From assembly GCA_902592965.1 (NCBI GenBank), contig CACJGL010000004.1, forward strand, positions 4,624-68,623: DNA of 64,000 nucleotides. The letters are read 5' to 3'. The notes beneath the pieces were generated by a model. It worked only from the letters and a program-made list of their open reading frames with translations. It had not been told where the DNA came from and did no database searches. The stretch is from an uncultured Pelagibacteraceae bacterium. GTDB lineage: Bacteria; Pseudomonadota; Alphaproteobacteria; Pelagibacterales; Pelagibacteraceae. The position numbers and the translations under genes were made by a program. Below are positions 41,018 through 50,655 of the stretch, piece after piece; the stretch's first letter is position 1, and every line of letters starts with the position of its first letter.

Positions 41018-43555
41018 CTATTGATTTCTAATTAATGGATAAACTTTAGGACTTAAGTATTTAAGATTAGTTAACATAATTAAAATCAAGGTCACAATTC
41101 CTATAGAGGTGCCAAGGTAAATTAATACTTTAAAATCAAATTGCCAAACTAATTCAAAAATATTCTCCATAATAAACTTTGATCCAATTACTGCAAAAAA
41201 AATTGCAATTAATATTACCGACATAAAGATAATTATAAATTCTATCAAAGACGAAAATATAATTTCTTTTTTTGAAAAACCTAAAATTTTAAATACAAGA
41301 TTTTGGTACTCTTTTACTTTTCCTTGGACCATTATAGCACTTGAGATAACAATCAATCCAATGACAATTGTTACACCAGAAATTAGGGTTACAGCTATGA
41401 AGACTTTATTTAAAACTGATGTTACTTTATTTAAGTAATCAGCAATTTTTATCATAGACAAACTCGGTAATACTTCTAACATTTTGGTTTCATCAAAATT
41501 ATCTGGATTTTTAAATTTAGCAGTTGCTAAATATTCATGAGGAATTTTTTTTGCAAATTGTGGATTAAATAACATGGCAAAATTAATACTTAGATCACGA
41601 TAATCAACTTCTCTAAAATTAACTATTTCTCCATCAATTTCTCGACCATAAATGTTTAAAGTAAAAATATCTCCCAACTCAATATTAAAATCTTTAGCCA
41701 CTTTTGCATCAAGTGATATCTGAAGTTGGTTAGGTTTAGATAAATCCCACCATTCTCCTTTTAAAATTGGGTTATCTTTAGGAATATTTTCAACCCAAGA
41801 AGATCTTCTTTCACTTCCAATTACCCAATAACTATCATTATCTGGTTTAATATAGCTATTTGGATTCACACCATTAATTTTTACTATTCCGGAAGAAACC
41901 ATAGGTACTATTTCAATGTTCGCATCAGGGTTCATTTTGTAAACACCTTGTTCAAATTTTTTCTTTTCACCCTTTTGAATTCCAACAAAAAAATAATCAG
42001 GTGCAATATCTGGAATAGATCTTGCAATTTCTCTTTTAAAATTTGTTCCAACCAAAGCTAAAGTTAATAATAAAGTTACACCTAAGCCTAAAGACATAAT
42101 TGTGATAGGAGTGATACTTTTTGTTTGAGTTATATTTTTAATCGATACTTTTAAAGAGATATTTGAAATAAAATTAAACTTTTTTAGTAAATAAATTATA
42201 ATCTTTGAAAGTAAAAAAAATACAATTAGACATATAAAAAAAGCCAGAAAATAACCCAAACTATAAGAAGGTCTTTCAGATCCCAGCGTAAACAATAAAA
42301 CTAAAAATGATAATAAGATAAAACTTAAAATAACTGACTTTTTTGAGTAATAAAATTGTAGGTTTTGGAATACATTTCTAAATAGGTTTGATGCTTTAAC
42401 TTGATCAATTGAACTTATTGTTGGTATTGAAAAAATTATAAGAACTAACAAACCTACAATAAATATTTTTATAAAATTAATTAAAGAGAATTTTGGATAA
42501 ACATTTAATCCCAACCCATCAGATAAATATTTGTCTGCAATTGGTACAATTAAAAAACTTGAGCCATAAGAAATTACAGTAATAATAAATAATAATATAA
42601 ATAATTGAAGATAATAAAGTATTTTTATATTCCCTGAATAAAATCCTACAGCTTTTCTTACAGCTATAGACATATTGTTCTGGTTTATAAATGACAACAA
42701 TGTATTAGCGATACCTATTCCAGCAATTAACATTGCACTAATTGAAACTAAAGAGAGAAATTGGGAAAAATTATTAATTATCCTTTTTAAGCCACTTGCT
42801 GAATTTTCTGGAAATCTAAGTTTTACTTTTTGGTCATCTTTAAAAATATCTTTGATCTTACTTTCTATTTTTTCTGGATCATCACTTTGATTAAATTTTA
42901 CTTTATATTCATAATTTAAAAAACTACCTATTCCATTTAGTTTTAGTATCTCCAAAGTTTGTTTTCCTGCTAATGCCCAATCTCCAAAAGCTACAAACCC
43001 ACTGACATCAGGTACAGATTTTATAATTCCAACAACTATGAAACTTTGATCTTGTACCTTAACTTTGTCATTTATTTTTATCTTTAAAGTTTTTGATAAA
43101 CTTTCATTAATCAAAATTGTCTTTGGTTCCTTTTGCATTCTTTCATAAGCATCTTCTGGCTCATAAACAACTTCACCGTAAAGTGGATATTTTTCATCAA
43201 CTGTTTTAATCCTTGTAAATAATGATTTATTTTTTTCTCTGCCTGTCGTAGAAAGCATTGTACTGAACTCTATCATTTGTGAGACAATTGAAAATTCCTT
43301 TACTTTATTGACTAAATTAAGATCCCCCTGATTACGGTTATAATCGATTTCGAGATCTCCACCCAAAAGAACTTTTGCATTATCATTAAGCTCTTTTTTT
43401 AAACTATCTTCGATTGTAAAGATGGCACTTAAAATAAAAAGACTGATAAACAGCGTTACAATAATGCTTGAAATTTTTTTATAATTTCTGCTTAAATCCT
43501 TTAAAGCATACTTGAATATTAAACTTAACTCCGAAGAATTATTTAATTTTTCCAT
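41018..43555 (-). CDS. ABC transporter permease (YbbP/FtsX-like)
   Basis: LLGGD, YPLYG, two FtsX-like TM blocks. Confidence 0.9.
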   Translation of the reverse strand: MEKLNNSSELSLIFKYALKDLSRNYKKISSIIVTLFISLFILSAIFTIEDSLKKELNDNAKVLLGGDLEIDYNRNQGDLNLVNKVKEFSIVSQMIEFSTMLSTTGREKNKSLFTRIKTVDEKYPLYGEVVYEPEDAYERMQKEPKTILINESLSKTLKIKINDKVKVQDQSFIVVGIIKSVPDVSGFVAFGDWALAGKQTLEILKLNGIGSFLNYEYKVKFNQSDDPEKIESKIKDIFKDDQKVKLRFPENSASGLKRIINNFSQFLSLVSISAMLIAGIGIANTLLSFINQNNMSIAVRKAVGFYSGNIKILYYLQLFILLFIITVISYGSSFLIVPIADKYLSDGLGLNVYPKFSLINFIKIFIVGLLVLIIFSIPTISSIDQVKASNLFRNVFQNLQFYYSKKSVILSFILLSFLVLLFTLGSERPSYSLGYFLAFFICLIVFFLLSKIIIYLLKKFNFISNISLKVSIKNITQTKSITPITIMSLGLGVTLLLTLALVGTNFKREIARSIPDIAPDYFFVGIQKGEKKKFEQGVYKMNPDANIEIVPMVSSGIVKINGVNPNSYIKPDNDSYWVIGSERRSSWVENIPKDNPILKGEWWDLSKPNQLQISLDAKVAKDFNIELGDIFTLNIYGREIDGEIVNFREVDYRDLSINFAMLFNPQFAKKIPHEYLATAKFKNPDNFDETKMLEVLPSLSMIKIADYLNKVTSVLNKVFIAVTLISGVTIVIGLIVISSAIMVQGKVKEYQNLVFKILGFSKKEIIFSSLIEFIIIFMSVILIAIFFAVIGSKFIMENIFELVWQFDFKVLIYLGTSIGIVTLILIMLTNLKYLSPKVYPLIRNQ

Positions 43556-44204
43556 CTTTGATTTTAATTTTTCGTTTTGCTTTGTCTGCTAATTTTGGAT
43601 CATGTGTGACCATTATTAAAGAAGACCCTTCCTCTTTGATGTATTTAAATAAAATTTCAGAGATCATTATTGAGTTTTCGGTATCTAGATTACCAGTTGG
43701 TTCATCAGCTAAAATCAAATCTGGTTTCATTGCAATAGCTCTTGCAATCGCCACACGTTGTTGCTCTCCGCCAGATAATTGACTTGGAAGATTATTGAAT
43801 CTATGTTTTAGACCAAATCGATCTAATAAACTTTTTGCTTCTTTCTCTGGATTTTTAAATTCATTAAGTTCAAGTGTTAAAGCTACATTTTCAACAGCTG
43901 TATAATTTGGAATTAAATAGAAAGATTGAAATATAATTCCTATATTTTGCTTTCTAATTTCAGATACTTCGTCTTCATTAAGATTTGTTATTTCCCTGTC
44001 TTGAAATATAATTTTCCCTGAGGTTGGACGTTCTAGTCCACCAATAAGCATAATCAAGCTTGTTTTTCCTGACCCACTTTCTCCAACCACAGATACAGTT
44101 TCTTTTTTTTTTATAGTTAAATCAATATTTTTTAAAACATTTATATTGTCCTTCCCAGTTTGGTATTTGAGATTTATTTTTTTTAATTTAAGAAGTGTGT
44201 TCAT
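43539..44204 (-). CDS. ABC transporter ATP-binding protein (YbbA-like)
   Basis: GESGSGKT, LSGGEQQRVAIARA, ADEPTGNLD; likely start ATG 44204. Confidence 0.95.
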   Translation of the reverse strand: MNTLLKLKKINLKYQTGKDNINVLKNIDLTIKKKETVSVVGESGSGKTSLIMLIGGLERPTSGKIIFQDREITNLNEDEVSEIRKQNIGIIFQSFYLIPNYTAVENVALTLELNEFKNPEKEAKSLLDRFGLKHRFNNLPSQLSGGEQQRVAIARAIAMKPDLILADEPTGNLDTENSIMISEILFKYIKEEGSSLIMVTHDPKLADKAKRKIKIKDGKIK

Positions 44205-44811
44205 GAATAAAAGTTTATTTATAAAAATATTGTTATTCTTTCTAGTGCACATAAATGCAAGTGCAATAGAAAAGGTTATATTATTCGGCGATAGTTTAAT
44301 GGCGGGTTATGGTCTACCTAAAGAGCAACACTTATCTTTGGTTTTAGAAAGTAATCTCGTTAGGAGTGGTTTAAATATTAAGGTAATAAATGGAAGTGTG
44401 TCAGGAAGTACTTCTTCTGGTGGATTGAATAGAGCAGAATGGAGTTTATCAGAACCTGGTATTGATCTAATCATCCTTGGTCTTGGGGCAAATGATATGC
44501 TTAGAGGAATTCAACCAGATGAAACTGAGAGAAATTTAGAAGAAATAATTAAAATCGCTAACAGTAAAAAAATAAAAATTATAATAGCTGGGATGGTTGC
44601 GCCAACAACTCATGGAACTAAATATAAAAAAAATTTTGATGCTATTTATCCTAAATTGTCAAAAAAATATAATTTACCCTTAATTCCATTTTTGCTAGAG
44701 GGTGTTGCTCTTGATCCAAATCTAAATCAACAAGATGGCATACATCCTAACAAAGCTGGAACAATAGTTATAAGTAATACAATTCAAGATATTATTTCAA
44801 AAAATTATTAA
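44203..44811 (+). CDS. tesA: Arylesterase/acyl-CoA thioesterase I (SGNH)
   Basis: FGDSLMAGYG, LGANDMLRG, DGIHPN; likely start ATG 44203. Confidence 0.92.
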   Translation: MNKSLFIKILLFFLVHINASAIEKVILFGDSLMAGYGLPKEQHLSLVLESNLVRSGLNIKVINGSVSGSTSSGGLNRAEWSLSEPGIDLIILGLGANDMLRGIQPDETERNLEEIIKIANSKKIKIIIAGMVAPTTHGTKYKKNFDAIYPKLSKKYNLPLIPFLLEGVALDPNLNQQDGIHPNKAGTIVISNTIQDIISKNY

Positions 44812-44817
44812 TCGGAT

Positions 44818-45819
44818 ATGAAAAAAAAATATCATCATTTAGCAAATGGCACATTTCGTAATCCTGAAGGATCAAAGGTGATTGATATGAATTTCAATTG
44901 GTCGTTTAAGGTATTTAACCAAGAAAAAAAAAAATTAGATATGACTTTTCCTGAAAGTAATATCATTAAAAAAGAAAAAGTTTTATTGGATTTAAATAAT
45001 TTCCAAAAAGAAGATTATGTAGCGTGGATAGGTCATGCAACATTTTTATTAAAATTAGGGGAAATAACAATAATAACAGATCCAGTTTTTTCAAAAAATG
45101 CAGGACCTTTATTTTTTGGGCCAAAGAGATTTACCGAACCAGCATTAAAACTTAATGAGATACCAAGAACAGATATTTTTCTACTAACTCACAATCACTA
45201 CGATCATCAAGACATGAAAACAATAATGAGATTTCCTTATAAAGCATCTAAAGTCCTGTTACCTTTAGGACTAAAAAAATATTTTAAAATTAATAGATTT
45301 AAAGATGTAAATGAAATGGATTGGTATGATCAAATAAGAATAAATCAGAATTTAAATATTACTTTTTTGCCATCAGTCCACTGGTCAAAAAGGAGTTTAA
45401 CGGATACTAACAAAACTTTATGGGGCAGCTATTTGATTGAATACAAAGGAAAAAAAATATTATTTTCATGTGATACTGGTGTTGGAAAAATATATAAAGA
45501 ATTGGGAGATAAGTATGGTCCAATTGATTTAACATTTATTAACATTGGCGCATATAATTTTTATCCTATGGCTTCAATTAAAGATTCTTCTGCTTACCAC
45601 ACTAACCCTGAAGAAGCCCTTGAACTTGCTAAAGATTTAAAAAGTAAAAAAGTAATTGGAATGCATTGGGGAACTTTTGTCTTATCACTTGAACCAATAT
45701 TAGAGCCCCCTTTAAGGTTTAAGCAAAATGCAGAAAAATTTGGATTTAAAAAAGATGATGCAATTATTTTTAAAATTGGTGAATTTAAATTATTTAAAGA
45801 GCTTTTTGATACTAACTAG
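44818..45819 (+). CDS. Metallo-beta-lactamase fold hydrolase (NAPE-PLD/RomA-like)
   Basis: WIGHAT, THNHYDH, HWS.R, IGAY, HWGTF. Confidence 0.9.
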   Translation: MKKKYHHLANGTFRNPEGSKVIDMNFNWSFKVFNQEKKKLDMTFPESNIIKKEKVLLDLNNFQKEDYVAWIGHATFLLKLGEITIITDPVFSKNAGPLFFGPKRFTEPALKLNEIPRTDIFLLTHNHYDHQDMKTIMRFPYKASKVLLPLGLKKYFKINRFKDVNEMDWYDQIRINQNLNITFLPSVHWSKRSLTDTNKTLWGSYLIEYKGKKILFSCDTGVGKIYKELGDKYGPIDLTFINIGAYNFYPMASIKDSSAYHTNPEEALELAKDLKSKKVIGMHWGTFVLSLEPILEPPLRFKQNAEKFGFKKDDAIIFKIGEFKLFKELFDTN

Positions 45820-46876
45820 AATTTTCCATCAACCACAATCCATCTTGATTTAAAAAATATAGTTTACCATTTATAGGATGAATTTGTATGTCTCTGATTC
45901 TTCCAATTTTATCTTTAAATATTATTTCCTCTTTTACGTTTGATAAATCATTAAACTCTAATTTTCTTAAAGACTTATCTTTAAGAGAAGTAATTAATGC
46001 ATTACCATTCCATTCTTTAAATTCATTACCTTTATAAATTGTGATTGCACTTGTGGCTATAGATGGAACCCAATATTGAATGGCTTTTGTAAAGCCAGGT
46101 TTCCATTTTGGCCCTATTGGTATACCTGAATAATTTGTGCCACCCCATCCAAGAATTTTCCAACCATAATTTTCACCTTTCTTTGCTTCACCAAACCAAT
46201 CGCCTCCTTTTGCACCATGATTGCTCATATAAATTTTTCCATCAAAAGGTGATAAAGCTAAACCTTGAGGATTTCTTACACCAATTTGATATATTTCAGG
46301 TAGCCAGTTTGATTTCCCCTCAAAACTAGGATTGTCTTTTGGAATGCCACCATCTAGATAAATTCTAATTATACTTCCTGGATGTTTATTTCCATCTTGA
46401 GCAATCATTCCCCCACCTCTTTCACCTGCAGAAGCAAATAAATAGTTGTCTTTAATTACAAGTCTTGAACCAAAATGATAAGGCGAGTCAATTGGTGGAT
46501 TGGCTTGAAAAATATTTTTAAAATTTAATTTGTTTTTATTAAATTTTGCACGTGCAATTGAAGTACTAGTCTTCCAATTATTTCTATTTTCTGTGTATGA
46601 GATGTAAATGTAATCTTCATGATACAGAATATCCAATAATCCTCCCTGTCCATATTCTACAAAATTTAAGTTATGATCAATTTCATTTATCTCTCTTGTA
46701 GAAATGTTTATAAATTTTATTTTGCCACCTTTCTCGGTAACAATCATTTCATTTTCATTAACGAACGACGAACCCCAAGGTGCTTCTAATTCAATAATTT
46801 TATTAAAATTAAAATTTTTACTAAATGAATTAGTTGAGAATAGTATTAATGATAAAAGAAATAATAATTTCTTCAC
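45812..46876 (-). CDS. PQQ-dependent soluble sugar dehydrogenase (YliI-like)
   Basis: GQGGLLD, HFGSRL, GVRNPQG, NYGW, GRIRD; likely GTG start 46876. Confidence 0.9.
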   Translation of the reverse strand: MKKLLFLLSLILFSTNSFSKNFNFNKIIELEAPWGSSFVNENEMIVTEKGGKIKFINISTREINEIDHNLNFVEYGQGGLLDILYHEDYIYISYTENRNNWKTSTSIARAKFNKNKLNFKNIFQANPPIDSPYHFGSRLVIKDNYLFASAGERGGGMIAQDGNKHPGSIIRIYLDGGIPKDNPSFEGKSNWLPEIYQIGVRNPQGLALSPFDGKIYMSNHGAKGGDWFGEAKKGENYGWKILGWGGTNYSGIPIGPKWKPGFTKAIQYWVPSIATSAITIYKGNEFKEWNGNALITSLKDKSLRKLEFNDLSNVKEEIIFKDKIGRIRDIQIHPINGKLYFLNQDGLWLMENSS

Positions 46877-46877
46877 T

Positions 46878-47588
46878 CTATGAAAGTTTTGATCTACCAC
46901 CATCGACAGCAATAATTTGTCCTGTAACCCAAGAACTGTCTTCAGTTATTAGAAATTTTGCAAGCGAAGCTGAATCTTTACCTTCTCCAAGTCTTTTTAA
47001 TGGATGGGCTTTTGCAATACCATCAGCTAAAACTTTATTTTTAAGCATTGGCTCTGCAATTTTTGAATTAGTTAAACTTGGAGCAATGCAATTTACTCTT
47101 ATATTAGGAGCAAATTCTGCTGCTAAAGAAACAGTTAATCCTTCAACAGCTGCTTTAGTTGAAGCTATAATTGCATGATTTGTAAAACCTCTTTGAGCAG
47201 CTACAGTTGAAAACAAGACAATTGATCCTTTATTTTTTTTTAAACTTTCTTGATAACCTTTAATTAAATCTACTGCAGAATATAAATTTAGTTTCATACA
47301 TTTTGTAAAATCTTGTTCTGAAACCATTCTCAAAGGCTTTAAATCAATTGAACCAACACAATAAGCTATACCTTTGATATCATCTATTTCGGACTTAATC
47401 TTTTCAACAAAACCATTTTCTAAAACATCAGAGACTGTATATTTACAATTTAGTTTTTCAGACAAAGATTTTGTTCTTTCTTCATCCCTACCGATTAAAT
47501 GTACTTCTTTCCCAGCTGCGTATAACTGTTCGGCTAAATTAGATCCGATAGATCCTGTCGCACCTACTACTAAATATTTTTCTGACAT
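46878..47588 (-). CDS. SDR family oxidoreductase
   Basis: GATGSIG, RVNCIAPS, VTGQ...VDGG; catalytic position reads IASTK rather than YxxxK. Confidence 0.9.
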   Translation of the reverse strand: MSEKYLVVGATGSIGSNLAEQLYAAGKEVHLIGRDEERTKSLSEKLNCKYTVSDVLENGFVEKIKSEIDDIKGIAYCVGSIDLKPLRMVSEQDFTKCMKLNLYSAVDLIKGYQESLKKNKGSIVLFSTVAAQRGFTNHAIIASTKAAVEGLTVSLAAEFAPNIRVNCIAPSLTNSKIAEPMLKNKVLADGIAKAHPLKRLGEGKDSASLAKFLITEDSSWVTGQIIAVDGGRSKLS

Positions 47589-47615
47589 AAATTTTTAAAG
47601 AGTTATATATAGTTA

Positions 47616-49106
47616 ATGAAATTATTTTTTCTACTTGGAAATCAGCTTTTCTCAGAGAAATATCTAGAAAAGTACAGAAAAGACCACTTTTTCTTTATGG
47701 CTGAAGATTATCAGCTCTGTACGTACGAAAAGCATCATAAACAAAAGATATTATTGTTCTTATCTTGCATGCGATCTCACGCAGATAGACTAAAAAAAAA
47801 TAAATTTAAATTAGAATATTCTTCGATCGAGGATAAATCTTTCAAGCTGGATTACACAGAAAAATTAAAAAAAATAATTAAAGCAAAAAAAATTAAAGAA
47901 ATTTCAAGTTTCGAAATTGAGGATAAGTTTTTTGAAAATAAAATTACCAATTTTTTAAAAAAGGAAAAAATTAAATGGAATATTATTCAAACACCAATGT
48001 TTTTAAATTCTAGAGAAAAATTTAAAAACTATTTATCAAAATCAAAAAAACCTTTTATGGCAGTTTTTTATAAAGAGACTAGAAGAGATTTGGATATACT
48101 CATGAAAAAAGATGGTAATCCAGAAGGAGGCAAATGGAGTTTTGACGAAGAAAATCGAAATAAACTTCCAAAAAATATATCTATACCCAAATTTCCTAAA
48201 ATTACTGAGACTGTTCATACGAAAAAACTAAAAATTTTAACTGATAAAAATTTTAAAAGTCACCCAGGTAATACAAAAGATTTTTGGTTTGCTACGGAAT
48301 ATGATGATGTAATTAAATTATTAAATTTTTTTATTAAAGAGAAATCAAATTTATTTGGGGATTATGAAGATGCAGTTGATCAGAAAGACAATATATTATT
48401 TCATAGTGCTTTAAGTCCTTACATCAATTTAGGTCTTATCACTCCAGAATTTATAATTAAAAAAGTTTTAGATTTTCACAACAAAAATAAAATAAGATTA
48501 AATTCCTTAGAAGGTTATATTCGTCAAGTAATCGGGTGGAGAGAATTTATGAGGGGAATATATCAAAGCTATTCAAAAGAAATGGAAACTAGAAATTTTT
48601 TTAAACAAAATAGAAAAATGAAAAACTCATGGTACGAAGGAACAACAGGATTACCACCTTTAGATTATGCTATTAAAAATGCAGTGAATTATGGTTGGTC
48701 ACATCATATTGAAAGGTTAATGATCTTATCAAACATAATGAATTTATGTGAAGTTAAGCCAACGTATGTTTACAAATGGTTTATGGAAATGTTTGTGGAT
48801 TCCTCTGACTGGGTAATGGTCCCGAATGTTTATGGAATGGGGCTTTTTAGTGATGGAGGAATCTTTGCAACAAAACCATATATTTGCGGCTCCGCTTATT
48901 TCATGAAAATGATGGATTTTAAAAAAGGAGAATGGTGCAATACTATGGATGGTCTTTATTGGAGATTCATAAATAGAAATAGAGCCTTCTTTTTAAAAAA
49001 TCCTAGACTTTCTATGATGGTTAGAATTTTCGATAAAATGAAACCTGATAGAAAAAAATTAATTTTAGCTGAGGCAGAAAAATTTATTAAACAAAATACT
49101 GCATAG
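47616..49106 (+). CDS. PhrB/CryB-type bacterial (6-4) photolyase, apparently lacking the Fe-S cysteines
   Basis: LGNQLF, GGKWSFDEENR, FGDYEDA, QVIGWREF, HHIERLM, NVYGM..DGG..TKPY. Confidence 0.9.
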   Translation: MKLFFLLGNQLFSEKYLEKYRKDHFFFMAEDYQLCTYEKHHKQKILLFLSCMRSHADRLKKNKFKLEYSSIEDKSFKLDYTEKLKKIIKAKKIKEISSFEIEDKFFENKITNFLKKEKIKWNIIQTPMFLNSREKFKNYLSKSKKPFMAVFYKETRRDLDILMKKDGNPEGGKWSFDEENRNKLPKNISIPKFPKITETVHTKKLKILTDKNFKSHPGNTKDFWFATEYDDVIKLLNFFIKEKSNLFGDYEDAVDQKDNILFHSALSPYINLGLITPEFIIKKVLDFHNKNKIRLNSLEGYIRQVIGWREFMRGIYQSYSKEMETRNFFKQNRKMKNSWYEGTTGLPPLDYAIKNAVNYGWSHHIERLMILSNIMNLCEVKPTYVYKWFMEMFVDSSDWVMVPNVYGMGLFSDGGIFATKPYICGSAYFMKMMDFKKGEWCNTMDGLYWRFINRNRAFFLKNPRLSMMVRIFDKMKPDRKKLILAEAEKFIKQNTA

Positions 49107-49234
49107 TGAGAAAAGAAAATTTACCCACAAAAATTTGCCCTGTATGCAAGAGACCTTTTACTTGGAGAAAAAAATGGAAATTAAACTGGGATAAAGTGAA
49201 ATATTGTTCAAAGAAATGTTCAAAAAATAATTAA
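49106..49234 (+). CDS. DUF2256 family Cys-rich small protein (42 aa), not in ORF track
   Basis: GTG start; LPTKICPVCKRPFTWRKKW..WDKVKYCSKKC. Confidence 0.9.
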   Translation: MRKENLPTKICPVCKRPFTWRKKWKLNWDKVKYCSKKCSKNN

Positions 49235-49465
49235 TTAACAACAAGAGCAGCTTTTCTTTTTTTCTGGTTTTTTTGCTTCAATCACTTCTTCTTTAGGGGC
49301 TGATTGTTCAACAATTTTTGCTGCTTCAGCTTCTTTCTCTTTTAATATTTTATTTTCAATGTATGCGTAAAGAGAGTTGAAACCTAATTTTGAAGCTTTC
49401 TTTTCTTCGTAATTCCTTCTGCCTTTAAGATTTTCAATAATTTCAAGAACTTGCGGGTTATTCAT
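49235..49465 (-). CDS. Hypothetical protein ending KKKSCSCC
   Basis: ORF fills the intergenic space with plausible coding composition. Confidence 0.65.
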   Translation of the reverse strand: MNNPQVLEIIENLKGRRNYEEKKASKLGFNSLYAYIENKILKEKEAEAAKIVEQSAPKEEVIEAKKPEKKKSCSCC

Positions 49466-49506
49466 ATTATTGTTATCTCATAATTTTGATAATTTACAAT
49501 AGTTGT

Positions 49507-50649
49507 TTAAAAAAATTCTTTAATTATAGTTGGTATATACTTTTTGAAATTAAAAAAACCTTTATTGCAATATTTCCAAGAACTTCGGTCTAAATTACGA
49601 TAAAGAAATTTTATATTATTTATTCCTTGAGAAGTTAAAAAATCTAAGTTTTCTCCAACACAAGGATATAAAAAATAACTATTCTCAATTGTTATAAGGT
49701 TACCAATTTCAATAATTTCACAATCTAAAGATTTTTCATCCAACCTTCTTTTTTGATCCTGAATTAAATTAGTCTTAAATTTCAATATTTTTTCACTAAG
49801 TTTAATATTCCTACTGTCGTTATTATTATTAACTAAATAAATCTTTTTAAATTTATGATCTTTGAAATCAGTCAACTCAAAAGAAAGATTATTATCAAAA
49901 ATAATTAAATTTTGCTCATCCAAACTTACTGGATTATTAAAATCTTTTAAGACAGCCTTGTATATTTTCTCGCTAACTTTAGGTGGTGCATTTTCATTTA
50001 AATTAATGTTATTAAATCTGTTATTAGTAAATTTTTTTATATTCCATTCACTTGCCAAATAATGCTTACCTTGTGTTTGTATCCCAGCAACCCATCTCCA
50101 TCCTAATGTATTAGATGCTGCATCTCCATCATAGAGATGCTTCATAAAAAATTCAGCTCCTAATTGCCAAGGTAAATTTAAAGTAAAAATCCAGATACTG
50201 GCAAACCACATTCTTGTATGATTATGAAGGTAATTAAATTCTTTTAATTCTTTAACCCATTCATTAAAACATTCTATATTTGTATTTCCATCAATGGCAT
50301 TTAAATAATCTTTATTATCTTTGTATTTTTCTCTTATAATTTTTAGTTCTATTATGTAATCTGTCCATACATTAGGTCTTAATTCTAACCATCCTTTCCA
50401 ATAAGTACGCCACAAAACCTCCTGAATAAATTTTTCATTTTTAGAAAATGAAAATTTCTTTAAGGCTTTATCTATAACTTCTAACTCATTTAATATTCCA
50501 TGAGATATATATGGAGAAATACAAGATATATTTGATCTTTTATCTGGACCAAAATCAAAATTTCTCAATCTTGAATATTCAGAAAGATTATTTTCAACAA
50601 AGTTATCTAGTTTATTAGTGGCTTGCGCCCGACTTGGTTCAAAATTCAT
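49507..50649 (-). CDS. Photolyase with N-terminal FAD-binding domain (inverted, NewPHL-like architecture)
   Basis: S..SPY, KFIQEVLWR.YW, YLHNHTRMWFASIW, L.DGDAASN...WRWVAG all in the N-terminal half. Confidence 0.85.
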   Translation of the reverse strand: MNFEPSRAQATNKLDNFVENNLSEYSRLRNFDFGPDKRSNISCISPYISHGILNELEVIDKALKKFSFSKNEKFIQEVLWRTYWKGWLELRPNVWTDYIIELKIIREKYKDNKDYLNAIDGNTNIECFNEWVKELKEFNYLHNHTRMWFASIWIFTLNLPWQLGAEFFMKHLYDGDAASNTLGWRWVAGIQTQGKHYLASEWNIKKFTNNRFNNINLNENAPPKVSEKIYKAVLKDFNNPVSLDEQNLIIFDNNLSFELTDFKDHKFKKIYLVNNNNDSRNIKLSEKILKFKTNLIQDQKRRLDEKSLDCEIIEIGNLITIENSYFLYPCVGENLDFLTSQGINNIKFLYRNLDRSSWKYCNKGFFNFKKYIPTIIKEFF

Positions 50650-50655
50650 GATATT

